Below, one piece after another: positions 27,996 through 37,988 of a stretch of DNA of 54,749 bases. This stretch comes from Candidatus Micrarchaeota archaeon (lineage in GTDB: Archaea > Micrarchaeota > Micrarchaeia > Anstonellales > J096). The stretch's first letter is position 1. The number at the start of each line of letters is the position of its first letter. The stretch lies in the NCBI GenBank assembly GCA_964467175.1, contig CAYXNY010000049.1, forward strand, positions 1-54,749, in the 5' to 3' direction. The notes beneath the pieces are model-generated. The model saw nothing but the letters and a program-made list of their open reading frames with translations, was not told the origin of the DNA and ran no database searches. Made by a program: the position numbers and the translations under genes.

Positions 27996-29873
27996 TCAGC
28001 GCTGAAACTGCATTTTATCGCATCGCTCAACCGGAACAAAAGTCGGGTCGCCATAAAAAGTGAATTCCATAGCCATTTTCTTTTTTATGTCGTTTCTTCT
28101 TTTTATAGCCTCATCAAAAAGCCCTGAAGTTTCATACTTCAGATATTCAAAAATAGTTTCATTATGTTCGAGCATACTCTTCTTTGATTTTCTTAGGGAG
28201 GAGCCAACTGATTCACCATTTAGTAGTTGGTTTGTAAGCTCATACGCCAAAAAAGTACTGCCAAACAACTCGTTCCTTATATTCCACACAAGACCATAAG
28301 AACCAATCACAAAAGGGAGCGCTGTACCTTCTCTGCTCATGGCAAAGATCAACTCCACATGCGAAGGCTCGCCGTAATAACCTTGAACAAGCCCCCGGCT
28401 GAAAAAGATATGTGCTCCTCCAAAACATGGATGTAAATAAATTATGTTTTTGTTGTAGATGAGTTGAGTTGGTTCTACAGCCTTACCTTCACCTTTTTTT
28501 GTATCGGAAAAATAATAATAATAGATAGAATCTGAGTCTGAATGCAAAAAAATGTTTGAATAAGCAAGTGTAAGATCATCAAGTTTATCATTCGATAAAA
28601 CCTGTAAAACTTCTGGGTCAGGTGCCGACGCCAGGTAGCTACGCATATTTCTCAGACCAAAATCTTCTTTAAATCGCATGAATAATGGATTGTATACAGA
28701 ATGAAGATCATTAGAATACACAAAATGTACGTATCCCTCGGAATATAGATCTGGCTTATGCAGAAATAACACCTTTTCTTGCTCAGCTACTTTACACACC
28801 TCTTCAGATGTCTTACCAGCTATTCTATACATGTAGCTGAACCTGTTTCTGTTCATATGTAGTTTATAAAGCAATTTGAGGTTATCAACTAAAGTGTTTC
28901 CATCGGGCCATTTGTCAGCATTCCTTCTTCCAGGAATCCTACCAAAATTCATCTCTTGTGTGGTAAAGTCGCCATCAACATCTGCATAAGGAACATCACT
29001 AAGCAAATATTGTCCCTCTCCACGTATACCATAGGCTGGGTTATCCAGAGCAACAGGAAAAATATCGCCAATAAACAAGATATATATGTTTTCATAAGGA
29101 ATTCCTTTTGAATGCATTTCCAAAGCAACTTCATCAATTTTGTTTTTTATTGGTATTACAAACTTATTGAAATGTTCACATGGTACTTGGGTATTTTTAC
29201 CATTAATTTGGCAACTACGCAACGAAGAAAAATTTTCATCCGTTAACAGAACCACATCATAGCCTTCAAGTTCCATTGCTCCTTTAGTCTTCGCTAAATA
29301 TTCATCTAGTTGCCCAAGCATAAAATCTTCATTACCTTCGTAGTTAAAGGTTTTAAGAAAGTTTTTACTGTAAACAATTATCACTCCGCTATTATTTTTA
29401 TCACCGCTCCCATAAGCTAAACCAGGAACAGTAATCTTATCCTTATACTCATCAAAGTATATGTAAATGTCATCCTTAGAACTAAAAAAGTCGAGATTAA
29501 ATGAAGATTCAAACCTAATTTTTATCAATAAGGAGTCGCAATCGGAGAAAATACGCCATGTGTAGCCTGAATAAGCCTTGTAATCCCTGTCGATATCTAG
29601 CGTATTGGGGCTAGAGCAACCGATAGCCTCAACGGTTTTCATGGTGTAAACACTATTACCTCCAGAGATAGTAAATACAAATGCTTTTTCAGAGTTTTTA
29701 GTAAACTTAAGATATAAATCAATAGAAGAGTAATCTTCACTCGCCGTATAGTTTACGATATCAACATAGGTAGTTACACCACGAACGTTATCAAAAAACA
29801 CATAATCCGCCGAATAGAATAAGGTACTGAGAAATGCTAAAATAACAAAAAGTATTATTTTAATTTGACCCAT
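27996..29873 (-). CDS. Secreted peptidase C25 (gingipain-like, clan CD) domain protein
   Basis: Signal peptide; YILFIGD, SDVPYADVDGD, FGRIPG, FLHS (His), HPCFGG (Cys), FYGDP; AT-rich. Confidence 0.8.
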   Translation of the reverse strand: MGQIKIILFVILAFLSTLFYSADYVFFDNVRGVTTYVDIVNYTASEDYSSIDLYLKFTKNSEKAFVFTISGGNSVYTMKTVEAIGCSSPNTLDIDRDYKAYSGYTWRIFSDCDSLLIKIRFESSFNLDFFSSKDDIYIYFDEYKDKITVPGLAYGSGDKNNSGVIIVYSKNFLKTFNYEGNEDFMLGQLDEYLAKTKGAMELEGYDVVLLTDENFSSLRSCQINGKNTQVPCEHFNKFVIPIKNKIDEVALEMHSKGIPYENIYILFIGDIFPVALDNPAYGIRGEGQYLLSDVPYADVDGDFTTQEMNFGRIPGRRNADKWPDGNTLVDNLKLLYKLHMNRNRFSYMYRIAGKTSEEVCKVAEQEKVLFLHKPDLYSEGYVHFVYSNDLHSVYNPLFMRFKEDFGLRNMRSYLASAPDPEVLQVLSNDKLDDLTLAYSNIFLHSDSDSIYYYYFSDTKKGEGKAVEPTQLIYNKNIIYLHPCFGGAHIFFSRGLVQGYYGEPSHVELIFAMSREGTALPFVIGSYGLVWNIRNELFGSTFLAYELTNQLLNGESVGSSLRKSKKSMLEHNETIFEYLKYETSGLFDEAIKRRNDIKKKMAMEFTFYGDPTFVPVERCDKMQFQR

Positions 29874-30399
29874 TACCGACACACTCCGGCCCTAGGACGT
29901 CGCAACTGATTTCCAGGATCTTTGTCTTTTTTTCAATATCGCAAAGGGTCGCGGTATACATGCTTTCTAGATACCATACGCCCTTTATCATAGTTAAGGT
30001 ATAGTATCTGCATAGCCCAGTATAGCGTATTGATTCTTCTGGGTAAACAACCGCTGTTGCACTTACTGCAATCGGAGTATCCTTCAAGATTTCTATGATG
30101 ATGTTTCTGCTCTCGTTTATACCTTCGTTTTCGATAAATTTTTGCAAAAGTATTTGTTTTGTTTCTTGATCAATCTCAATCCCGGTCCATGTTACATTTG
30201 AGTACTCTTTATTAGAAGTTTCTTGATCTTGGCTATGACCATCTTGAACTTGCTGCGAATAATTATGGCTGGTAATAGGAATTTCTTTTTTTATAGCAAA
30301 ACCTGACAAAAAAATCAACAGAGCACCTGAAAGAAAAAACATAAAGAAGAATAAGATAATAATCAAAGCAACAATTAGTATCAGATATTTCTTTTCCAT
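29860..30399 (-). CDS. Membrane-anchored hypothetical protein
   Basis: Long N-terminal hydrophobic helix, polar linker, four C-terminal Cys; overlaps the C25 gene start. Confidence 0.7.
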   Translation of the reverse strand: MEKKYLILIVALIIILFFFMFFLSGALLIFLSGFAIKKEIPITSHNYSQQVQDGHSQDQETSNKEYSNVTWTGIEIDQETKQILLQKFIENEGINESRNIIIEILKDTPIAVSATAVVYPEESIRYTGLCRYYTLTMIKGVWYLESMYTATLCDIEKKTKILEISCDVLGPECVGNGSN

Positions 30400-30460
30400 A
30401 AAGATTAAAACAAACAGGTAAGTAGTTAAAAACCTATCGAAAACAGGACGAAAGTAAAAA

Positions 30461-30745
30461 TCACCATAAACCCTCAACCCTTCTTCTTTTTTCATCAAAA
30501 ACCTTCGGTGGTTGTTTTTTTATCTCGTGCTTTACCAAAAGCTCCTTTCCGCTTGCCGTTTTTATAAACATAAATTCTTCATATCCTTCTTCTGTTCTTA
30601 GGATGATGGTGTATTTGTTCGGCACCTCTTCCCCGGTTTCTTTTTTATACTTGTATTTCAGGTATTCGCCCTTTGAAACGAGAACACGGGCCTCTCTTTC
30701 GCCCTTCTTGCTTACAGCAATAACCTCGTCTGGGTATTTCCCCAT
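30461..30745 (-). CDS. Hypothetical protein
   Basis: 94 aa, GAGGTG RBS, 2 nt after the dph5 stop. Confidence 0.75.
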   Translation of the reverse strand: MGKYPDEVIAVSKKGEREARVLVSKGEYLKYKYKKETGEEVPNKYTIILRTEEGYEEFMFIKTASGKELLVKHEIKKQPPKVFDEKRRRVEGLW

Positions 30746-30747
30746 TT

Positions 30748-31479
30748 TTACACCTCAAAAAATTTTAGGTACTCCTCTTCCAGCGGATGAAGATTTGCGG
30801 GAACGATTAATGAGAACGGTGGTTTTCCCAAATCTTTTTTGAGAAGTTTCTCTGCGCGGCCGTAGGTAATCTTCTCATCGCTGAAGCCCAACCGGCTTAG
30901 AACAACAACATCCTTTATTATCTTTTTCTTTTCTACTTTCTCCATCTCAAATAACTGTTTTATCCCTTCCTTTGCATCCATTGGCTCTGGCTGGACATCG
31001 AGAAGAACTAGGGTGTGTAAGCCGATGGAAAGGTTTTTTTCAATGAGCAGGAGGGGTGAGGTTGGCTTGTAGTTTTCTGACCATTTTGCTATCGTAACTG
31101 TTCTTCCAAACTTATACGCCTGCAGGCCGGTTCTAGCAACCGCCGTTAGTATAGAAGAATTATGAACTATTTTCGTCTCTATGTTTCTTTTTCTGCATTC
31201 GGCGAGAAGAGAGAGGTGGGTGGTTGCAACGAGAGGGTCGCCCACAACGAACAGGCAGACATTTTTGCTTCCTGCTTTTTCAATGAGAAAATCGCTCTCG
31301 ACCTCCTCCCTATCTATCACTGTTATTTCTTTTTTTATTAACTTTTTGAGTTCCTTTTGAATATCTGCGGGAAGCGGTGAGGTGTACTTTTCCAGAAAAA
31401 TCTCGTCGCATTTTTTTGCGGTTTCAATTCCGTTCAGGGTGGGGTCAAAATTTATTCCCAAACCAACGAGAGCGAGCAT
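30748..31479 (-). CDS. dph5: Diphthine synthase
   Basis: LVGLG, LEKYTS, GDPLVATTH, GLQAYKFGRTVT, GLHTLVLLD. Confidence 0.96.
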   Translation of the reverse strand: MLALVGLGINFDPTLNGIETAKKCDEIFLEKYTSPLPADIQKELKKLIKKEITVIDREEVESDFLIEKAGSKNVCLFVVGDPLVATTHLSLLAECRKRNIETKIVHNSSILTAVARTGLQAYKFGRTVTIAKWSENYKPTSPLLLIEKNLSIGLHTLVLLDVQPEPMDAKEGIKQLFEMEKVEKKKIIKDVVVLSRLGFSDEKITYGRAEKLLKKDLGKPPFSLIVPANLHPLEEEYLKFFEV

Positions 31480-31480
31480 T

Positions 31481-32719
31481 CTAAAAAACCTCCCTTTCAA
31501 AATATTTTTTATACTGTAATGGCAAAGTGGCTATGAATATTTGCAGATGTTCTTTTTTGATATAAAATATCCTATCTTCTAGACGTCCTTTCTCTTTGAT
31601 TTCTGGATTTAGTAAAGTATAAGTTATTCCAAGCTCTTCGGATTTGCATTCATATTTATTATAGATTTTGCCACCTACTTGGACTTGAGCAATCGGCTCT
31701 TGTCCAGTTTCTATCTTAAAATTTTTCTCTATAAATGTTCTAAATTGCTTACTTACGAGAACATAACCACTATGATCACCGGATTCTTCTAACGAATTTA
31801 TAGTCTCTTTAGATCTGTTAACGTAGAGCATATTTTCTTTCGAACCAACAAAATGTAGAGTCCATTTTTCAGGACGCATCTTGAGAAAGTCTTCGTGTTT
31901 AGCAAATAGAGTGTCTAAAGGTTGGATTTCTATATCCACTTCGGGCATTGGAAACGAAAATGATGGTTGCTGTGGTAATTGCACAGGAATTAATGCCAAC
32001 CCTCCTCTTAGAACATATTCTTTTATAGGTAGCCCTATTCTTACGGTATCACGTGCAAACGAAGAAACTAGTAGGAGTGAAGAACTAAATTCAAAAGGAA
32101 ATTTTTCTGCATCTATTCTTTCTGCTTTGTTCTTTGCTCCTAAATAAACACTCCAGAATTCTATTCCTTCTTCCCTAACAACCATAACATCATAAACTTT
32201 TATTTCACTTTTTAAACTCCCTTCAAGCCGATACTGAGGAACGTAAAACAGTTGTTTTTCATTTTCAATTTTTAAAACATCCATTAATGCATTTCTTTGT
32301 ATTTCACTTATTCCAGAAATCATCCCCTGAATTAGACCAAACTCTTCCTTTCCCTTTTTTGGCGTCGCCACAATTTCACAACGTTGACCCTCTAATTCAA
32401 CAAAAAATCTTTTCTCTTCTACTTGCTTATATTCTGGGCAATCTTCCTTTATTGAAATTAATTTTTTATTTTTTATTTTTAATTCGTAGATGGCTGTATT
32501 TTTTGTTTCTTTTGGTTTTGTTTTGCTTAGCTTTATTTTCTCTACTGTCCGGGATTTCAATTTTTTAAAATGAAGTTTCTTTTTTTGTATAAAATTGAGA
32601 ATTTTATGAATAGAAATAGAGGTTAGGTACGGTCTGAGAATTTTGGTGAGAGATTGTATTTTCTTTTCGTCTAATTTTTTAAAAAAAATTTTGGGAATTT
32701 TTAAGTAAATTATTTTCAT
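31481..32719 (-). CDS. Hypothetical protein, Lys-rich N-terminus, AT-rich
   Basis: 412-aa ORF with no recognised motif. Confidence 0.7.
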   Translation of the reverse strand: MKIIYLKIPKIFFKKLDEKKIQSLTKILRPYLTSISIHKILNFIQKKKLHFKKLKSRTVEKIKLSKTKPKETKNTAIYELKIKNKKLISIKEDCPEYKQVEEKRFFVELEGQRCEIVATPKKGKEEFGLIQGMISGISEIQRNALMDVLKIENEKQLFYVPQYRLEGSLKSEIKVYDVMVVREEGIEFWSVYLGAKNKAERIDAEKFPFEFSSSLLLVSSFARDTVRIGLPIKEYVLRGGLALIPVQLPQQPSFSFPMPEVDIEIQPLDTLFAKHEDFLKMRPEKWTLHFVGSKENMLYVNRSKETINSLEESGDHSGYVLVSKQFRTFIEKNFKIETGQEPIAQVQVGGKIYNKYECKSEELGITYTLLNPEIKEKGRLEDRIFYIKKEHLQIFIATLPLQYKKYFEREVF

Positions 32720-32727
32720 AGTTCTCC

Positions 32728-33795
32728 CTACTTACTTTCTTTTTCAAAATAATAAAATTTTCCATCATTTGCAAATTCTTCCAACCCTTTTATAGTGACT
32801 GGAATTGCAACACCACCTATAGAAAAGAGTTTCTCACCATCTTTAATAAATAATACGGTTTTATCGTACCATACACCATCAGTTCCTTTACTAAGAGTCC
32901 CAACTGCGCTCCAATTATCATGATTTCTGTTAGGGTCAAGATTGTACCTTTTCGCCACAGTATCCAAAAATTTATTATAGTTATACGCACATAGCCGTAC
33001 CTCTCGCGTGTTGACATCTATTGCTAGCAATATTACAGTTTCACCATCACCATTAAAGACCCATGCTTCTTTCCCGCCATTAAATATGTTAGGATGTTGC
33101 ATGTTGATTAATTTCAAAAATTCATTTTCAAAATTAATGTGTTTTACTGGTTTTCTATCTTCGAACAGTATTATTTCCCCTAGGCCCTTTTCTTTATCTA
33201 TCAAAATAACTATATCCTCACCACTTACCATTACTCCATTTTTTAAATTAACATTTGTTCTTATTGCCCCGCTGTTTACATCCAGTTTTCCAGTTTCATT
33301 TACTAAATAATAATAAACCCAATAAAACCACCCTCCCTTATCAAGGATCGCAAAACCCATCTCCCAATCTTTCTCTGTTGATAGAGCCTTTATGCTTGTA
33401 AGTTTGGCATCCTTTGATGGTTTTATTCCAATTGCTGAAAGATTATATTCAAAGCTAAATTTCTCCCTTTCCTCAGTGAGTATGTTGAGGTTGTCCAACG
33501 TTGGTAGGTCAAAACAACCAACAACTATCTTTCCATCTTCCAACCAGCATTTATATAATGCTGCGTCAAGCCCTTGAAGCCATGTTTTTTGTCCTTCTGG
33601 CCTACCAGGAGGGGAGCATATCTCTGGCAAGAGTGGCACATTTGTATTTAGTACGTTTGTTTTTTGTATATTCTGAGTTGTTATAGAATCTACTAAAGGA
33701 AGCGAGAGGGGTTGGGCCTTTGCAGAAGAAATGATAAGAGATGTTCCAATTGCTAAACCTGTTAAGAATGTATTTAGTTTTCTCTTGAAACCCAT
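32728..33795 (-). CDS. Hypothetical secreted protein, AT-rich
   Basis: Signal peptide ending SAKA-Q; beta-rich body. Confidence 0.75.
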   Translation of the reverse strand: MGFKRKLNTFLTGLAIGTSLIISSAKAQPLSLPLVDSITTQNIQKTNVLNTNVPLLPEICSPPGRPEGQKTWLQGLDAALYKCWLEDGKIVVGCFDLPTLDNLNILTEEREKFSFEYNLSAIGIKPSKDAKLTSIKALSTEKDWEMGFAILDKGGWFYWVYYYLVNETGKLDVNSGAIRTNVNLKNGVMVSGEDIVILIDKEKGLGEIILFEDRKPVKHINFENEFLKLINMQHPNIFNGGKEAWVFNGDGETVILLAIDVNTREVRLCAYNYNKFLDTVAKRYNLDPNRNHDNWSAVGTLSKGTDGVWYDKTVLFIKDGEKLFSIGGVAIPVTIKGLEEFANDGKFYYFEKESK

Positions 33796-33848
33796 ATTAG
33801 ATAGTTATACAAATAAGGTTTTATATCTGTATCGTTTCGACTCTGAAA

Positions 33849-34024
33849 GAGCCTGTTGCAAATTAAAAAACCGCCCTCGCAAAAAACAAAAAATAAAATA
33901 AATAAAAACAAAACTCGCTTCCCTCCGAACCGCAAAAGTTTTAGGCTACTCTCGAAGCGAATAATTTTTTGTTTTTTATTTAAGCGAATAGCGGTTCAAA
34001 ATGTTTTAAATTTGCAACACCCTA
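33849..34024. mobile_element. 176-bp non-autonomous MITE-like element
   Basis: Imperfect TIRs GAGCCTGTTGCAAATTAAAAA / TAGGGTGTTGCAAATTTAAAA (17/21); flanking direct repeat TCTGAAA at 33842-33848 and 34025-34031; nested internal inverted repeats. Confidence 0.75.
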
Positions 34025-34032
34025 TCTGAAAT

Positions 34033-34833
34033 TTAAACACCCGCCGCAACCCTGAGCATATCCCGAATACCGGGCGCAAGCCCGATTACGATAAGCACAG
34101 TGGCGATGAAATTTTTCTCGTTCTCTTCTTCATTTTTTATGAGATAGGCTGCGAGGAAGGCGATGAGCACTTTTATAACATAGAATGCAATGTAGCCGTG
34201 CGCATCCCCTATCATCGTGGGGAAAACGTGCTGTTCAAAGTAGGATTTTGAAACGTCTATGGCGTAAAAAGTTGCCGCGCCATCGAGAGCGTGCGAAAAA
34301 ACAATGAGCGAAAGCAGAGGCTCTTTGAGAAACCGCTGCGAGATGTAGAACGGAACTGCCGCGAGAACCAATATGAAAAAAATCGCGAAAAAATCGCTGA
34401 GCAATGGAAGGATGAGCGCAAGATGGAAAACTGCGAGCGAGAATGCAACCGGCATGGCTATCCTTCTTTTCGCGAAATGCTCTGCAAGGAAAAGAAAAAC
34501 TGCAAGAATGCCCGTGAATATGTATACGCCCGGCGAGATGTTGAAAAAATTGTACGCATAGAGGTCTTTTATTATCGGAATTTGCAGGGCACCGAAATCA
34601 ACAGCATCCGTGACTACCCTTTTCGCGGAGCCGAAGAGGACAAGGAAGAATATTGTTTTCATGAAATAGTCATCCGCGCGGATTTTCAGACGCTTGAAAA
34701 CAATGTAGATTACATAAACGGCAGCGATTGCTATAAGGGCGTAGGCGAGGGTGTTTACCAAGTTATAGCCTGTCTTGTCGGCCATTGGAGAGAGGAAGAA
34801 TTCATTCAGCGCATTCTCAAACGAAAAAAGCAT
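34033..34833 (-). CDS. DUF63 family membrane protein
   Basis: GYNLVNTLAYA, HALDGAAT, YFEQHV, IGLAPGIRDMLR. Confidence 0.88.
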   Translation of the reverse strand: MLFSFENALNEFFLSPMADKTGYNLVNTLAYALIAIAAVYVIYIVFKRLKIRADDYFMKTIFFLVLFGSAKRVVTDAVDFGALQIPIIKDLYAYNFFNISPGVYIFTGILAVFLFLAEHFAKRRIAMPVAFSLAVFHLALILPLLSDFFAIFFILVLAAVPFYISQRFLKEPLLSLIVFSHALDGAATFYAIDVSKSYFEQHVFPTMIGDAHGYIAFYVIKVLIAFLAAYLIKNEEENEKNFIATVLIVIGLAPGIRDMLRVAAGV

Positions 34834-34883
34834 GATAGATTTTCAGCAAGGGTTTTAAAAATATTGCAGGTTTTAAGTAAAGC

Positions 34884-35858
34884 ATGGAATTTGCCGAGGA
34901 ATTCTCAAAGGAGATAGATGACACAGAGAAGGAGATAAAAAAAATAATGCCTCACAGGCCGGCTGAAGTTTATGGGATGCTGGAAGAGTTCATATCGCGG
35001 GGAGGAAAAAGGGTAAGGCCGATTCTTACTTTGGTTTTTACAAAGGCGTATGGAGGAAGCTATAAGGAAGCGCTCAGGCCTGCAGCCCTGATGGAGATAT
35101 TCCACAACTTCACCCTCGTACATGACGATATAGAAGACGATTCGCCACTAAGGAGGGGGAAGCCGACGCTCCATAGAATGCATGGTGTTGCGATAGCGCT
35201 TAATTCCGGCGATGCTCTCTACACCGCTGTTTGGAATGAAATTTTGAAACTTAAGAATGAGGAAGTAAAGGCGGTGCTTGGGGATGCATTCAGAAGAGTA
35301 GTGGAGGGCCAGGGAAAAGAGCTCTACTGGGAAAGGCATAAGATTTTTGATGTAGGCGAAAAAGAATACATGGAAATGGTTGGTGGAAAGACCGGTGCAC
35401 TCATAGGTGCGGCATGCGAAATTGGCGCAATAATAGCAAAAAAAAGGAAGAAGGAGAGGGAAGCAACAAGGTTTTTTGGAGAGAACATAGGCATTGCATT
35501 TCAGATTCAAGACGATGTACTAAACCTGATCGGAGAGGTAGGGCAGTATAAAAAGAAAATTGGGGACGATATAACCGAAGGAAAGAGAACCCTCATGGTG
35601 ATAAAAGCGCTGGAGAGAGCAGAACCCGGGGATAAGAGGAGGCTTGTGGAAATTCTTTCTTCACACACCGAAGATGAAATAGAAATAAGCGAAGCGATAA
35701 GGATAATAAAAAAGTATGGGGGGATAGAGTACGCAAGGAAAAGGGCGGAGGAGCTTGTGAGAAAAGGAATTTCAAAAATAGATGGTGTTTTGCCTGAAAA
35801 TAGGGAAAAAGGCAGAATACTTGAGATAGCGAAGTATTTCACGACTAGAAAAGGATAG
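34884..35858 (+). CDS. idsA: Polyprenyl (GGPP-type) diphosphate synthase
   Basis: GGKRVRP, HNFTLVHDDIEDDSPLRRG, KTG, FQIQDD. Confidence 0.93.
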   Translation: MEFAEEFSKEIDDTEKEIKKIMPHRPAEVYGMLEEFISRGGKRVRPILTLVFTKAYGGSYKEALRPAALMEIFHNFTLVHDDIEDDSPLRRGKPTLHRMHGVAIALNSGDALYTAVWNEILKLKNEEVKAVLGDAFRRVVEGQGKELYWERHKIFDVGEKEYMEMVGGKTGALIGAACEIGAIIAKKRKKEREATRFFGENIGIAFQIQDDVLNLIGEVGQYKKKIGDDITEGKRTLMVIKALERAEPGDKRRLVEILSSHTEDEIEISEAIRIIKKYGGIEYARKRAEELVRKGISKIDGVLPENREKGRILEIAKYFTTRKG

Positions 35859-35912
35859 CAGAAAGACGATAAAAACAGCAACCTTAATAAAGGTTTATGA
35901 ATATATTTCAGC

Positions 35913-37988
35913 ATGAAAAAATTCACAGCAGTATTATTTTTTACTATGCTGATGGTTCAAAATATAGCGATAAACCTCCAGGATTATCTTTATCCAAACG
36001 AAAATGTAAATGATGTGAGATATGAGGCATTTTCGATAAGCGGAGTAAAGTATGAGATTGTCTTCATAAAAAACAAGGAAACTTTTCTTCTTAAGGAAGG
36101 AAGCATAGTGAACAACAGCCAGGAAATAGAAACAGCGCTTAAAGAGTACTACATTTCAAAGTACTATCTTACCCCTTCCCAAATAGGCAACCTTACTGCA
36201 TATTTTGTTGAGCTAAATGAAAGCAGGAACAACGGAGAAGGGAGGTTCCAAAGAGTAGGTGAAGAGCAGACATGCCGGGACAGGATTGGAGAAAAACTTC
36301 CAAAACCACCAGCAAACTACAAGGAAATGTACGGGGACGAGTACATGTACTGGGCAACGCTCATGTGCTCGCTATGGGGCCATGAGATAAACTGCAACGA
36401 CCCGGATATGCTCTATGGTTTGATAAAGGAATTTTGGAGCGCAACAAGAGCAGTGGACGAAAGGATGAACGGCACATTTAACTATCTTAATGAGCTTTCT
36501 CCGGATAATGTTTACGAAGGCCTTTTGTACATGAGCTCCAGCATGCCTATAATAGAAGAAAATTATGCGATAATGAAAAACAGCGAGCTTAGGTTTCCGC
36601 TTGGAGGGGTTTCGGAGTGCAAAAAGTGCTTTGGGATATGCCCGCCGATAGTATACAATGAAACAGCTATCGCTGAGATAAAGCTTTTGCTGCCGCAGCT
36701 TATCGCGCAAACAAAGCCACTAGGGACTTACACCGATATAACAACTTCTATTGCGAGCAGCACCCAACAAAGGATCAACTACAAGACGAATCAAGACCTT
36801 ACAGAATACTATCTCAATATCCTCAATCCGATAAACGCATCGGCAGAAGATATAATCAGCAGGTCAGAAGAATCGCTGAGTTTTGTGATGAACACCACTT
36901 TTGCGAGCAAGGTTGATGCAACAAAAGCGCTCAAGAGCGAGATAGAGAACGATATAGCGGTGAAGAAGTTTGACGGGATGGACGAAAAAATAGACCGGTT
37001 TATTGAACTGCTCAAGGAGGCAAACGAAACGATAGAGCCGAATAAAAAATGGTACTATGACGCCGAGCGGGAGAAGGACAGGGCAACCGGAATGATATTT
37101 TTGCTCGAAACAAAAGACCTCAGCACGGAAGAGGTGGCACAGCTCTCGCAGTATAAGGTTGAGAAAAACGGGCTTGATGGAGGTTTTGTGAAAGGGCTTA
37201 GCCCTGACATCTATGCTGAATACGCAGCAAGGTACATAGCTCTTCAGGAAAAGCTTCAGCCATTGATGGAGGCAAAGAAGGAATTTGCGGTTGTGAGTAG
37301 CGCGAAGGCGTTTGCAAAAAATGCAGGAGAAACAACATCCAACCTCATACTCGCAGTGAAGGATATGCCGACAAGCGAGAGGGCGGATGTTCTTGAAATC
37401 CTGCCTTTGTCGCTTTCTCTTTTTTCCTACCTTTCGTTAACCTCGCTTCTTGTTCTGGCATCTTCCATACTGTACCTGAGAATTAGGGGAAGGTTCACAA
37501 GCGCGAATCAAAAAACTTACTACTGGATAGGGGCGGGGGCGGTTGCGATAATTCTTCTTCTGCTGAATGTCGCATTTTATGTTCTCCTGGACAGGTCCCT
37601 GCTCCATGCAAGCTTTGAGGATTTCTCGGGCGTCATCGCGGAAAACGACCATGTCGCGGTGGTTGTTGATTATGCGGGCGCTCCGGAAACAGCCGCAGAG
37701 CCCATGAGCACATGCGCGGAGAAAATAATAAACAATCTTGCGGCGCAGAACAAAACAGTTGCGTTCTATGTATACACCGACAGATGCATAATAAACGGCG
37801 TTGAAACGAATAAAAACAAGAAACAGTGCGAGGACGAAATCTCAATGCCTAGAATAGTGTTGAAATATTCAAATGTTGCGCAGAACCCAAGCTTTTCTAC
37901 AACGATGGATATAAAAGGGAAAATTTCGGGTGATGAGGCATACTTCAACCTCTGCCCGATCTCGGCGGTTATGGGGGAGGTGCAGTGA
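35913..37988 (+). CDS. Large membrane-anchored hypothetical (glyco)protein
   Basis: Signal peptide, Cys-containing helical ectodomain, two TM helices, C-terminal 4-Cys domain, many NxS/T sequons. Confidence 0.8.
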   Translation: MKKFTAVLFFTMLMVQNIAINLQDYLYPNENVNDVRYEAFSISGVKYEIVFIKNKETFLLKEGSIVNNSQEIETALKEYYISKYYLTPSQIGNLTAYFVELNESRNNGEGRFQRVGEEQTCRDRIGEKLPKPPANYKEMYGDEYMYWATLMCSLWGHEINCNDPDMLYGLIKEFWSATRAVDERMNGTFNYLNELSPDNVYEGLLYMSSSMPIIEENYAIMKNSELRFPLGGVSECKKCFGICPPIVYNETAIAEIKLLLPQLIAQTKPLGTYTDITTSIASSTQQRINYKTNQDLTEYYLNILNPINASAEDIISRSEESLSFVMNTTFASKVDATKALKSEIENDIAVKKFDGMDEKIDRFIELLKEANETIEPNKKWYYDAEREKDRATGMIFLLETKDLSTEEVAQLSQYKVEKNGLDGGFVKGLSPDIYAEYAARYIALQEKLQPLMEAKKEFAVVSSAKAFAKNAGETTSNLILAVKDMPTSERADVLEILPLSLSLFSYLSLTSLLVLASSILYLRIRGRFTSANQKTYYWIGAGAVAIILLLLNVAFYVLLDRSLLHASFEDFSGVIAENDHVAVVVDYAGAPETAAEPMSTCAEKIINNLAAQNKTVAFYVYTDRCIINGVETNKNKKQCEDEISMPRIVLKYSNVAQNPSFSTTMDIKGKISGDEAYFNLCPISAVMGEVQ

